The notes under the pieces: model-generated
Database searches by the model: none
What the model was told of the DNA's origin: nothing
Seen by the model: only the letters and a program-made list of their open reading frames with translations
Assembly (NCBI GenBank): GCA_051746725.1
Contig: JBNJFI010000035.1
Coordinates: 2,672-16,940 of the forward strand
Source: Fusobacteriota bacterium
GTDB taxonomy: Bacteria; Fusobacteriota; Fusobacteriia; Fusobacteriales; JBNJFI01
DNA: 14,269 bases
Reading direction: 5' to 3'
Translations under genes and position numbers: made by a program
Shown: one piece after another, positions 1 to 7,980 of the stretch
Layout: each line of letters starts with the position of its first letter
Position numbering within the stretch: position 1 is the first letter of the stretch

Positions 1-1
1 A

Positions 2-112
2 ATTATTAAAATAGGGAAAAAGAAAATGAAAATAAATAGTGATTTTGAATATGTGACTTTTAGTTCTGACGATACAGTAGATAAAATCAGAATGTTTCCA
101 TATGAATTATAA
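2..112 (+). CDS. 3' end of an upstream gene truncated by the window edge (...IIKIGKKKMKINSDFEYVTFSSDDTVDKIRMFPYEL*), product unknown
   Basis: Frame 2 is open from position 2 to TAA at 110-112, ending 12 nt before the next ORF on the same strand, which is operon-like spacing. Confidence 0.6.
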   Translation: MIKIGKKKMKINSDFEYVTFSSDDTVDKIRMFPYEL

Positions 113-124
113 AAAGTAAAGTAG

Positions 125-1690
125 GTGATGGAGATCAAAAAAATAATTATGTTATGTTTTTTAATATTGAATTTAATAACTTACTCAAAGATTAATTATG
201 CACCTCCTCATCCGGACTTATTAAAAAATGAAGTGAAAGATAAAAGTCAACGTGGTGAAATAAAAAGAACGTATACATATACTGAGAATATTAAAAGATC
301 TACTGAAATCCAAACTCTTAAAGCTCCTGTTTTGCTTATTAGATTTGAAGATGATGGAAGGCAGTCATATAAGACACAGGATTACTTTAATACTTTACTT
401 TTTTCAGAAGAAAATACTCATTCATTGACTAATTATTATAAAGAAGTTTCTAATGGAAAGTTAAGTAAGATTGACGGTGATATTTCAAACTGGGTTATGA
501 GTAAAAAAAATATGCAATATTATGGTAGCAATGATGGTGATCCGAAAATAAAAGAATTAATAAAAGAAGCTATTGATTTATCCGAAGGAGATATAAATTT
601 TTCAGATTTTACAAATGAGGATGGAATAGTAGAAAGAATAATTGTAGTACATTCAGGAAAAGCTGAAGAAGAAACAGGAAATAGTTCTGATATTTATTCT
701 CATCAATGGAGCTTAAATGGATACAAAACTAAAACAGGTGTTACCATAGAAAATTATACTTTACAGTCTATGGAATCACCTATTGGAATTTTTGCCCATG
801 AATTTGGACATACTTTGGGTTTACCAGATCTATATAGTACCACTACAGGTGCGTCTAAGATTGGAGAATATAGTTTAATGGATTATGGTTCTTGGTCTGG
901 ACCTAATAATAATGACGGAACAGTTCCTTCTCACTTAAGTGCCTGGGAAAAGGTATATCTTGGATGGCTTGAACCTAGGAACTTATCAATACTAAATGAT
1001 GGACAAAAATTATCTATCAGAGAAATTCAAGATATCATAAGCGAAGAAGATTATAATTATATTTATAAAATAGATTTAGATGATACGGGAAAAGAATATC
1101 TTTTAATTGAAAATAGACAGAAACAAGGTTGGGAAGAATTTGATAGTTATCTTCCAGGAAGTGGACTTTTAATATATCACATAATCGAAGGGGATCTTAA
1201 TGGAGAAAGCATGTCAGATGCAATTAGATCAAATACAGTAAATTCCAAAACTCCACTTCGGGTAAAAGTATTAGAGGCAGATGGATTTGAAAATCTTATT
1301 AATTCAGATAATTATGGGGAATCTGGAGATTATTTTAGAAGCGATACTAATTCTCAGTTGCTTCCATATCCTAATAATAATCCAAATAGCTGTTTATGGA
1401 ATCCTGAAACTCAAAGATATGACATACCAACAGATGTGAGAATCACACAGATTTCTTCAAGTGCAAATATGATGACTTTTAAATTTATTAGTGAATTAGA
1501 TATAAAAATAAGCGACATAAATCAAGATGGTGTATTTGATATACACGATATAATTAAATTTAGAAATGAATATTATGGTGCAAAAAAGGTTGAATACGAT
1601 TTTAATGACGATGGAATAATTGATAATATTGACTTACAATTTTTGAAAGATAAAGCCGAAACTGAATTTGAGAACTTAGATATCTGGTAA
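125..1690 (+). CDS. Secreted M6-family (immune inhibitor A-like) zinc metalloprotease with C-terminal dockerin-like domain
   Basis: N-terminal basic plus hydrophobic signal peptide followed by APPHPDL; IVVHSG; metzincin motif HEFGHTLGLPDLY (HExxHxxGxxD, His codon at 797); Met-turn SLMDYGSW; HLSAWEKVYLGW; EYLLIENRQ...PGSGLLIYHI. Exact start (GTG 125 or ATG 128) is uncertain. Confidence 0.9.
   Translation: MMEIKKIIMLCFLILNLITYSKINYAPPHPDLLKNEVKDKSQRGEIKRTYTYTENIKRSTEIQTLKAPVLLIRFEDDGRQSYKTQDYFNTLLFSEENTHSLTNYYKEVSNGKLSKIDGDISNWVMSKKNMQYYGSNDGDPKIKELIKEAIDLSEGDINFSDFTNEDGIVERIIVVHSGKAEEETGNSSDIYSHQWSLNGYKTKTGVTIENYTLQSMESPIGIFAHEFGHTLGLPDLYSTTTGASKIGEYSLMDYGSWSGPNNNDGTVPSHLSAWEKVYLGWLEPRNLSILNDGQKLSIREIQDIISEEDYNYIYKIDLDDTGKEYLLIENRQKQGWEEFDSYLPGSGLLIYHIIEGDLNGESMSDAIRSNTVNSKTPLRVKVLEADGFENLINSDNYGESGDYFRSDTNSQLLPYPNNNPNSCLWNPETQRYDIPTDVRITQISSSANMMTFKFISELDIKISDINQDGVFDIHDIIKFRNEYYGAKKVEYDFNDDGIIDNIDLQFLKDKAETEFENLDIW
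1511..1648 (+). other. Dockerin-like domain (two Ca2+-binding loop-helix repeats) at the protease C-terminus
   Basis: DINQDGVFDIHD (aa 464-475) and DFNDDGIIDNID (aa 492-503) both fit DxNxDGxxDxxD, and each is followed by an amphipathic helix (IIKFRNEYYG; LQFLKDK). Confidence 0.8.
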
Positions 1691-1699
1691 GGAGAAAAT

Positions 1700-2134
1700 A
1701 TGGAAAAAAAGAAATTAAAAAGAATAGGAATAATTATTTTAATTTTCGTATTTGGAATTGGTTGTCTAAAAGATAAAAAAATGAGAGTTAAAGTTGAATC
1801 TAATGAAAATTTTGAAATAGACTATATTGACAAAGATTATCAAGCAGGGGATATTTTAGAATTAGACTTACATTTAAAAGAAGATAATCTTGATTCAATT
1901 GGCTTTGATATTAATTTAAATAAAAAAAAATTTAAATTAATAAATGTAATCAAAAATGATTTTACAACAAATGCTAATTTTGTAGCTTCTAAACCAATAG
2001 AAGATGGATATCATATAATGTTTTCTGACTTTGAAAAAAAGTTGCAAACAACTTCAAATTTTGCTAAAATAAACCTAAGAGTTACGTGGTCTGGCGAAGA
2101 AGAAATTCTTGTAGAAAATATAGTAAAAAACTAG
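1700..2134 (+). CDS. Putative lipoprotein with a cohesin-like beta-sandwich domain
   Basis: RBS GGAG at 1691-1694 directly after the protease stop. Basic N-terminus, hydrophobic stretch and lipobox-like FGIG-C22. aa 38-144 show cohesin-type strand patterns (AGDILELDLHL; SIGFDINLNKKKFKLINV; DGYHIMFSD; NFAKINLRV). Domain call made by eye. Confidence 0.65.
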   Translation: MEKKKLKRIGIIILIFVFGIGCLKDKKMRVKVESNENFEIDYIDKDYQAGDILELDLHLKEDNLDSIGFDINLNKKKFKLINVIKNDFTTNANFVASKPIEDGYHIMFSDFEKKLQTTSNFAKINLRVTWSGEEEILVENIVKN

Positions 2135-2149
2135 AAATAAGGAGAAATA

Positions 2150-2767
2150 ATGAAAAAACGATTATTATTCGATAAATGTAAGGAGTTAAAATATATTTCT
2201 CACCTAGATAATATGAGACTTATAATGAGATTATTTAAAATAGCAGATATAAATATAAAACATAGTCAGGGTTATCATCCAAAACCTAAATTATCGTTTG
2301 GTTATCCACCATCATTGGGGATGGAAATATATAATGAACCAATGGATTTTTTTTTAGAAGATGAGATATCAAATAAAGAGGTCATGGATAAGTTAAATGA
2401 AATTGCTCCAAAAGGATTTAAAGTTAGGGATGTTTTTGATATAACTAATAAGAATTCGATTCATAAGGATTATAATTCCATGAAATATGAAATAACCTTT
2501 TTTGAAAAGTCATTAGAGAAAGAATTTTTAAATTTATTAGATCAAGAAGAAATAATACATGTAAAGCGAAAAAAAGGGAAAATTAAAAAAAGAGATATAA
2601 AATCTAGAATACAAAAGGTCGAAAATCCCGAAGACATAGATAATAAAATATATCTGTACTTAGAGGCAATTTCACCAAAAAGATTTTTTGAAATATTAGA
2701 AGCTGAAAAGGGTTATGAAATAACAAGATTAAATTATTCAAAAGTAGAAGATGAATCTAAAAATTAA
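2150..2767 (+). CDS. DUF2344 / TIGR03936 radical SAM-associated protein
   Basis: Family-typical motifs KYISHLDNMR, HSQGYHPKPKLSFGYPPSLGME, LNEIAPKGF and KRDIK; RBS GGAG at 2141-2144. Confidence 0.88.
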   Translation: MKKRLLFDKCKELKYISHLDNMRLIMRLFKIADINIKHSQGYHPKPKLSFGYPPSLGMEIYNEPMDFFLEDEISNKEVMDKLNEIAPKGFKVRDVFDITNKNSIHKDYNSMKYEITFFEKSLEKEFLNLLDQEEIIHVKRKKGKIKKRDIKSRIQKVENPEDIDNKIYLYLEAISPKRFFEILEAEKGYEITRLNYSKVEDESKN

Positions 2768-2794
2768 AAAAATTTTTATTATAGGAGGAGTTTA

Positions 2795-4063
2795 ATGTTA
2801 AGTTTAAAGTATATGAGAAATAATATTGAATATTTACAAGATGTATTAAAAAATAGAAATACAGAATTAAATCTGGAGGAATTTGAACAATTAGATGAAG
2901 AGAGAAGAGAACTATTGCAAAATGTTGAAACTTTAAGACATCTTCAAAATGTTACATCTAAGGAAATAGGAAATTTAAAAAGAAATGGGGAGGATGCTTC
3001 TCAAAAAATATCAGAGATGCAAAAAGTAAGTAGTGATATAAAGGAATTTGATAATAAACTAAATGAAATTGAAGAAAAACTGAGATATTTTCAAATTAAT
3101 ATTCCAAATATTTATAGTGATGATGTTGTTATTGGAAAAGATGAAGAATCTAATGTAGAGATCAAAAAAGTAGGGAAAGTTACAGAGTTTGATTTTGAAC
3201 CTAAAGCTCATTGGGATATTGGTGAAGATTTAGATATATTAGATTTTGAAAGAGGAGCTAAAATTGGAGGAAGTAGATTTACTGTATACAAAGGTCTTGG
3301 AGCAAGATTGGAAAGAGCTTTGATTAACTTTATGTTGGATACTCATACTCAGGAGAATGGATATACTGAAATTCTACCACCGAGTTTAGTAAAAAGAGAA
3401 GCTATGTTGAACTCTGGACAATTACCAAAATTTGAAGAAGATGCCTTTACAACAACAGATGATAGATTTTTAATACCAACTGGTGAAGTTCCTTTGGTAA
3501 ATTTACATTCTGATGAAATATTAGATGAAGAAGAGTTACCTTTAAATTATACTGCATATACTCCTTGCTACAGAAAAGAAGCTGGGTCATATGGGAAAGA
3601 TACAAAGGGAATTATAAGACAACATCAGTTTAATAAAGTTGAATTAGTTAAAATTGTATCTCCGGAGAAATCATATACAGAATTAGAAAATTTACTTTCT
3701 GATGCAGAAGAAATTTTGAAAAAATTAAAATTACCTTATAGAGTAGTTTCATTGTGTTCAGGAGATCTTGGGTTTGCAGCATCAAAAACTTATGATATCG
3801 AAGTATGGGTTCCTTTTCAAAATAAATATAGAGAGATTTCATCATGTAGCAATACAGAAAACTTTCAATCTAGAAGAGCTAGAATTAAGTATAGAAAAAT
3901 AGAAGATCAAAGTAGTGAATATCCTCATACATTAAATGGATCGGGGCTTGCAGTGGGAAGAACATTACTTGCAATATTGGAAAACTATCAGCAAAAAGAT
4001 GGATCAGTTATTGTTCCTGAGGTATTAAGGCCATATATGGGCGGAATTGATGTTATTAAGTAG
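2795..4063 (+). CDS. serS: Serine--tRNA ligase
   Basis: N-terminal coiled-coil arm; LIPTGEVPL; motif 2 [33 protein letters not shown]; motif 3 [22 protein letters not shown] at 2783-2788. Confidence 0.98.
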   Translation: MLSLKYMRNNIEYLQDVLKNRNTELNLEEFEQLDEERRELLQNVETLRHLQNVTSKEIGNLKRNGEDASQKISEMQKVSSDIKEFDNKLNEIEEKLRYFQINIPNIYSDDVVIGKDEESNVEIKKVGKVTEFDFEPKAHWDIGEDLDILDFERGAKIGGSRFTVYKGLGARLERALINFMLDTHTQENGYTEILPPSLVKREAMLNSGQLPKFEEDAFTTTDDRFLIPTGEVPLVNLHSDEILDEEELPLNYTAYTPCYRKEAGSYGKDTKGIIRQHQFNKVELVKIVSPEKSYTELENLLSDAEEILKKLKLPYRVVSLCSGDLGFAASKTYDIEVWVPFQNKYREISSCSNTENFQSRRARIKYRKIEDQSSEYPHTLNGSGLAVGRTLLAILENYQQKDGSVIVPEVLRPYMGGIDVIK

Positions 4064-4517
4064 TTTTTTATTTTTAATTAACTTAATAATTTATGATTTA
4101 AAAATATTAATACCTATTTTAGTAATTTCAGTTTTATATAATAAAATAATAGGCATTTCTTTTTATAAGCAATTAAGAAGATTCAAGATAATTTATATTT
4201 TTTTGATGATGACTTTTTTGATGCAACTATATTTTAATCAAGAAGGGAAAATCTTAATTAACTTTTTTGATTATATTTATATTACAGAAATGGGAGTCAA
4301 AAAAGGGATAGGAATAATTATTAAAATTATAAACATAGCTATAATATCTATGAATATCGATTTTGAAAAATTATTAAAAGGAAGATTTAAAAGATATTCA
4401 AAAATAATAAAAATAACTATCGAGTTGGTTCCAGAAGTATTTGTTTTATTTAAGAACAAGTTAGACCCAAAAAAGACTTTTATTTCTTTGTACAAAAAAG
4501 TATATAAAAAATTGTGA
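4050..4517 (+). CDS. Hydrophobic membrane protein, EcfT/CbiQ-like but short
   Basis: ATG at 4050 overlaps the serS 3' end by 14 nt (TTG at 4047 is an alternative start). About 4 hydrophobic segments. [26 protein letters not shown] and ITIELVPEV resemble segments of ECF T components. Confidence 0.6.
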   Translation: MLLSSFLFLINLIIYDLKILIPILVISVLYNKIIGISFYKQLRRFKIIYIFLMMTFLMQLYFNQEGKILINFFDYIYITEMGVKKGIGIIIKIINIAIISMNIDFEKLLKGRFKRYSKIIKITIELVPEVFVLFKNKLDPKKTFISLYKKVYKKL

Positions 4518-4524
4518 AAAAGGA

Positions 4525-4553
4525 TTGATTTTAATTGTTATATTTGCTAAAAT
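4525..4553 (+). promoter_or_regulatory. Sigma70-type promoter for fba
   Basis: TTGATT (4525-4530), 17-nt spacer, TAAAAT (4548-4553), with extended -10 TG at 4545-4546. Confidence 0.65.
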
Positions 4554-4608
4554 GTATATATAAGAAACTAGATATATAATAAAGTCTAGAAAAAAACAGG
4601 AGGTTATA

Positions 4609-5592
4609 ATGAAATTTAATTACAAAGATTTAGGATTAGTTAACACTAAAGAAATGTTCAAACATGCAAATGAAAACGGATATTCTGTTCCAGCGTTTAA
4701 CTTTAATAACATGGAACAAATGGAAGCTATTGTAGAAGCTTGTGTTGAAATGGGTTCGCCATTGATTTTACAAGTTTCAAGTGGTGCAAGAAACTATATA
4801 GGAAAGGAAATAGTTCCTTTTATGGCAAATGCAGCAACTCACTATGCAAAAGCTAAAGGTTCTGATATTCCAATAGCTTTACATTTAGATCATGGTCCTG
4901 ATTTTGAAACAGCAAAAGATTGTATTGATTATGGTTTTTCTTCAGTTATGATAGATGCTTCGCATCACTCATTTGAAGAAAATATAGCTGAATCAAAAAA
5001 GGTTGCAGACTATGCTCATAGCAAAGATGTAACAGTTGAAGCTGAATTAGGTGTTTTAGCTGGTGTTGAAGATGACGTAGTTGCAGAAGAGCATATATTT
5101 ACTCAGCCAGAAGAAGTAGAAGAATTTGTTGAAAAATCTGGAGTTGATTCTTTAGCAATAGCTATAGGAACTTCTCATGGTGCTCATAAATTTAAACCTG
5201 GAGATGATCCTAAATTAAAATTAGATATATTAAAAGAAATAGAAACTAAAGTTCCTGGATTCCCAATAGTTTTACATGGTTCTTCAGCTGTTCCTAAAAA
5301 GTTTGTTGATATGATAAACGAAAATGGTGGACAATTAGACGATACTATGGGTATTCCTAATAAACAATTGCAATTAGCTTCTAAATCAGCTGTTGCTAAA
5401 ATAAATGTTGATACTGATGGTAGATTGGCATTTACTGCAGGAGTAAGAAAAGTATTTAATGATGATAAAGGGCAATTTGATCCTAGAAAATATTTAGGAC
5501 CTGCAAGAGAACAAATGAAAGAATATTACAAAACTAAAATAACTGATGTATTTGGTTCTGAAGGAGCTTACAAAAAAGGTGAAAAAAGATAA
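4609..5592 (+). CDS. fba: Class II fructose-1,6-bisphosphate aldolase
   Basis: PAFNFNNME, ALHLDHG, SVMIDASH, VEAELG, IGTSHG, VLHGSS, KINVDTD and FDPRKYL motifs; RBS AGGAGG at 4598-4603. Confidence 0.97.
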   Translation: MKFNYKDLGLVNTKEMFKHANENGYSVPAFNFNNMEQMEAIVEACVEMGSPLILQVSSGARNYIGKEIVPFMANAATHYAKAKGSDIPIALHLDHGPDFETAKDCIDYGFSSVMIDASHHSFEENIAESKKVADYAHSKDVTVEAELGVLAGVEDDVVAEEHIFTQPEEVEEFVEKSGVDSLAIAIGTSHGAHKFKPGDDPKLKLDILKEIETKVPGFPIVLHGSSAVPKKFVDMINENGGQLDDTMGIPNKQLQLASKSAVAKINVDTDGRLAFTAGVRKVFNDDKGQFDPRKYLGPAREQMKEYYKTKITDVFGSEGAYKKGEKR

Positions 5593-5620
5593 ATAAAAAT
5601 TTTATAAATATATAATATAG

Positions 5621-5663
5621 AGACCTATAAATTGGCATTAGCCATATTTATAGGTCTTTTTTT
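5621..5663 (+). terminator. Rho-independent terminator of fba
   Basis: AGACCTATAAAT-TGGC-atta-GCCA-t-ATTTATAGGTCT hairpin followed by a T-run. Confidence 0.85.
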
Positions 5664-5695
5664 GGTTGAATTAATTTTACTAAACTTTTTTGATA

Positions 5696-5729
5696 TTGTC
5701 ATATAGTTGTCACATAAGGAGAGTATAAT
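5696..5729 (+). promoter_or_regulatory. OmpR/PhoB-family direct-repeat site (Pho-box-like) replacing the -35, plus perfect -10
   Basis: TTGTCATATAG-TTGTCACATAA (11-bp period, 5696-5717). TATAAT at 5724-5729 lies 10 nt after the second TTGTCAC heptamer. Confidence 0.75.
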
Positions 5730-5776
5730 GTTTTTGTAAGTAAGAGAAACACAAATCAAAAAAGGAGATGATTAAA

Positions 5777-6256
5777 ATGAAAAAGTTACTAGTAGGAATG
5801 TTAATGTTAATTTCAGTAGGTGTTTTTGCACATGGAGTAAGAGGAAATTTTGATGGTCAGCGGCAATCGAATAAGAATTTTAGCCAAAGAGGAACAATGA
5901 GAAGAGAAGATTTTGATCAAAGACCTAATCAAAGGTATGAGGAGTTAACTGAAAAACAACAAGAAGAATTAGAAGAGTTAAGAAAAAAAATCAGGGATGC
6001 AAATGATGAATTGATTTTAGACCTGAAGAGTAATAATTTAGAAATTCAAAGATTAATGATCGAAGATGAGATTAACTGGATTAAAGTAGAAAAGTTACTG
6101 GAAGAAAAAGCAGAACTTGAAATAAAATTAGAACTGTCAAGATTAAAACACCGAGAGGAAGTAAAAGAAATTATAGGAGAAGATTTTCCAATGGGTTCAA
6201 GAAGAGGATTAGGAGATAAAAGATCAGGAACTTCGGGGATGCGAAACAGAAGATAA
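5777..6256 (+). CDS. Secreted Spy/CpxP/ZraP-like (LTxxQ) helical periplasmic protein
   Basis: Signal peptide MKKLLVGMLMLISVGVFA-HG; G/R/M-rich disordered termini; LTEKQQEEL motif; helical charged core. RBS GGAG at 5764-5767 abuts ATG 5768, so ATG 5777 is the better-spaced start. Confidence 0.75.
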   Translation: MKKLLVGMLMLISVGVFAHGVRGNFDGQRQSNKNFSQRGTMRREDFDQRPNQRYEELTEKQQEELEELRKKIRDANDELILDLKSNNLEIQRLMIEDEINWIKVEKLLEEKAELEIKLELSRLKHREEVKEIIGEDFPMGSRRGLGDKRSGTSGMRNRR

Positions 6257-6270
6257 ATAAAAGATATATT

Positions 6271-6304
6271 ATCGAAAAGGTGGCATCATGCCTACCTTTT
6301 CGAT
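6271..6304 (+). terminator. Strong stem-loop after the Spy-like gene (terminator or mRNA-stabilising hairpin; lacks a U-tract)
   Basis: ATCGAAAAGGT-GGCA-tca-TGCC-t-ACCTTTTCGAT, followed by GAGATATATA rather than poly-T. Confidence 0.55.
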
Positions 6305-6389
6305 GAGATATAATATATGGATTTTTCCTATTAAAACATTAAAAAATATGATAAAATATGAATATAAAATATAAATATGGAGGAATATA

Positions 6390-7304
6390 ATGGGAGATAT
6401 TACATTTCAAGTATTATCATTAATGGTTTTAATAGGGATAGGGTATATAATAAAGAAATATGAAATAATTTCAGAGGATACAGTAAAAGATTTGAGTAAT
6501 CTAACAGTTACGGTTTTTTTACCAGCTTTGATTATAATATCCATGAATAGAAAATTTGAAGTGGAAAAGCTTAAAAATAGCGGATATTTAATTTTAATAG
6601 GTTTAATATATTATTTTACAGTATATACTTTCCATAAATTTATTTCAAAAAAAGTATATAATGAAAATAAGAAACAAAATATATATACTTTTTTGGGAAC
6701 ATTTGCAAATGTGGGGTATATGGGATATCCAGTAATATATTCAGTTTTTGGAAAATTAGGTGTTTTTTATGCTGCTGTATATAATTTAAGTCATGGTATT
6801 TTTTTATGGAGTATAGGAGTCAGTTTAGTATCAGAAAAAAATGAGTTTAAATTTAAAAATTTATTTAATCCAGGTATGATTGCTTTAGTAACAGGATTTT
6901 TATTATTTCTTTTTTCTGTTGAATTACCTTTTATATTGAATAGACCACTCAATTTACTAGGAAACGTAGCGACTCCCATATCAATGCTCATAATAGGAGC
7001 TGTAATTGCAGAGATAGATATTAAAAAGATGATGGAATGGAAACTGCTTATATTAGCGATATTCAAACTTTTGCTTATACCGATTACATTGATAACAATA
7101 TTATATTTTTTAGATATTTCCAGCAAAATAAAATGGGTAATGGTATTAATATCTGCAATGCCTTGTGCTGTTAATAGTGTAGTTTTATCAAAAAAGTACA
7201 GTGGAGATTATGTTTTAGCTTCAAAGGGAATGCTCATTACAACGGTATTATCCATGGGGACGCTTCCTTTTTTAATATATATTATGAATAAGGTTAATTT
7301 TTAA
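6390..7304 (+). CDS. AEC (auxin efflux carrier / malate permease-like) family transporter
   Basis: About 10 TM segments; VFLPALII, FANVGYMGYP, LFNPGMIA, ATPISMLIIG, SAMPCAVNS and TTVLSMGTLP family motifs; RBS GGAGG at 6379-6383. Confidence 0.9.
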   Translation: MGDITFQVLSLMVLIGIGYIIKKYEIISEDTVKDLSNLTVTVFLPALIIISMNRKFEVEKLKNSGYLILIGLIYYFTVYTFHKFISKKVYNENKKQNIYTFLGTFANVGYMGYPVIYSVFGKLGVFYAAVYNLSHGIFLWSIGVSLVSEKNEFKFKNLFNPGMIALVTGFLLFLFSVELPFILNRPLNLLGNVATPISMLIIGAVIAEIDIKKMMEWKLLILAIFKLLLIPITLITILYFLDISSKIKWVMVLISAMPCAVNSVVLSKKYSGDYVLASKGMLITTVLSMGTLPFLIYIMNKVNF

Positions 7305-7325
7305 AAAAGTGATAGGGGGATGGAG

Positions 7326-7979
7326 ATGAATGTTTTAATAGCAGATGATGAAAAACGATTACGAATACTTATGCGAGATTACTTAAAGCGGGAAAACTAC
7401 AATATATTTCAAGCCGAGGATGGGCAGGAGGCATTGGATATATTCTTTGATAACAATATTGATGTAATTATATTAGATATTATGATGCCAAAAAAGAGTG
7501 GTTGGGAAGTTGCTACAGAAATAAGAAGTTTAAGTGATGTACCTATTTTAATGTTAACAGCTAAGGGAGAAGAAGAAGATAAGTTAAAGGGATTTAAGTT
7601 AGGTACAGATGAATACGTGACTAAACCATTTAGTCCTAAAGTGTTAGTAGCTAGATTAAAAGCTTTGCTAAAAAGAGCTGGTATAGATGATAAGATTTTA
7701 AAATACGGTGATTTAAAAATAGACATGAAAGCCGATAAAGTTTTCTCAAAGGATGAATTGATTGATCTAAGTCCCAAGGAATATAAATTGCTAAAAGTTC
7801 TAACCCAAAATGAAGGAATATCTTTAGATAGAGATACAATTTTAAATAAGGTTTGGGGGTATAATTATTTCGGAGACTTCAGAACGGTAGATACTCATAT
7901 AAAAAGATTAAGAAAAAAATTAGGTTTTGATTACATAAAAACTGTAAGAGGAATTGGATATAGATTTGAGGTGGAATAA
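7326..7979 (+). CDS. OmpR/PhoB-family DNA-binding response regulator
   Basis: REC domain (IADDE, ILDIMMP, MLTAK, KPF) and winged-helix domain (LSPKEY, VWG, RTVDTHIKRLRKKL, TVRGIGY). The G-rich RBS at 7314-7319 favours ATG 7326 over 7320. Confidence 0.95.
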   Translation: MNVLIADDEKRLRILMRDYLKRENYNIFQAEDGQEALDIFFDNNIDVIILDIMMPKKSGWEVATEIRSLSDVPILMLTAKGEEEDKLKGFKLGTDEYVTKPFSPKVLVARLKALLKRAGIDDKILKYGDLKIDMKADKVFSKDELIDLSPKEYKLLKVLTQNEGISLDRDTILNKVWGYNYFGDFRTVDTHIKRLRKKLGFDYIKTVRGIGYRFEVE

Positions 7980-7980
7980 A

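Noticed and set aside
2768..2794. T-box riboswitch upstream of serS
   Set aside because: The intergenic gap is only 27 nt, with no T-box motif or leader terminator.
3648..3845. Minus-strand 65-aa ORF
   Set aside because: Lies wholly antisense to serS with no recognisable motifs; shadow ORF.
4277..4495. Minus-strand 72-aa hydrophobic ORF
   Set aside because: Antisense to the + strand membrane protein that is coupled to serS; the hydrophobicity is expected from AT-rich antisense codons.
6349..6357. Extended -10 (TGaTAAAAT) upstream of the AEC gene
   Set aside because: No matching -35 and a very AT-rich context; plausible but not supportable enough to list as a feature.
7954..7980. ORF-track start of the sensor kinase at 7954
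   Set aside because: It overlaps the regulator's conserved C-terminus; ATG 7981 has a proper RBS.
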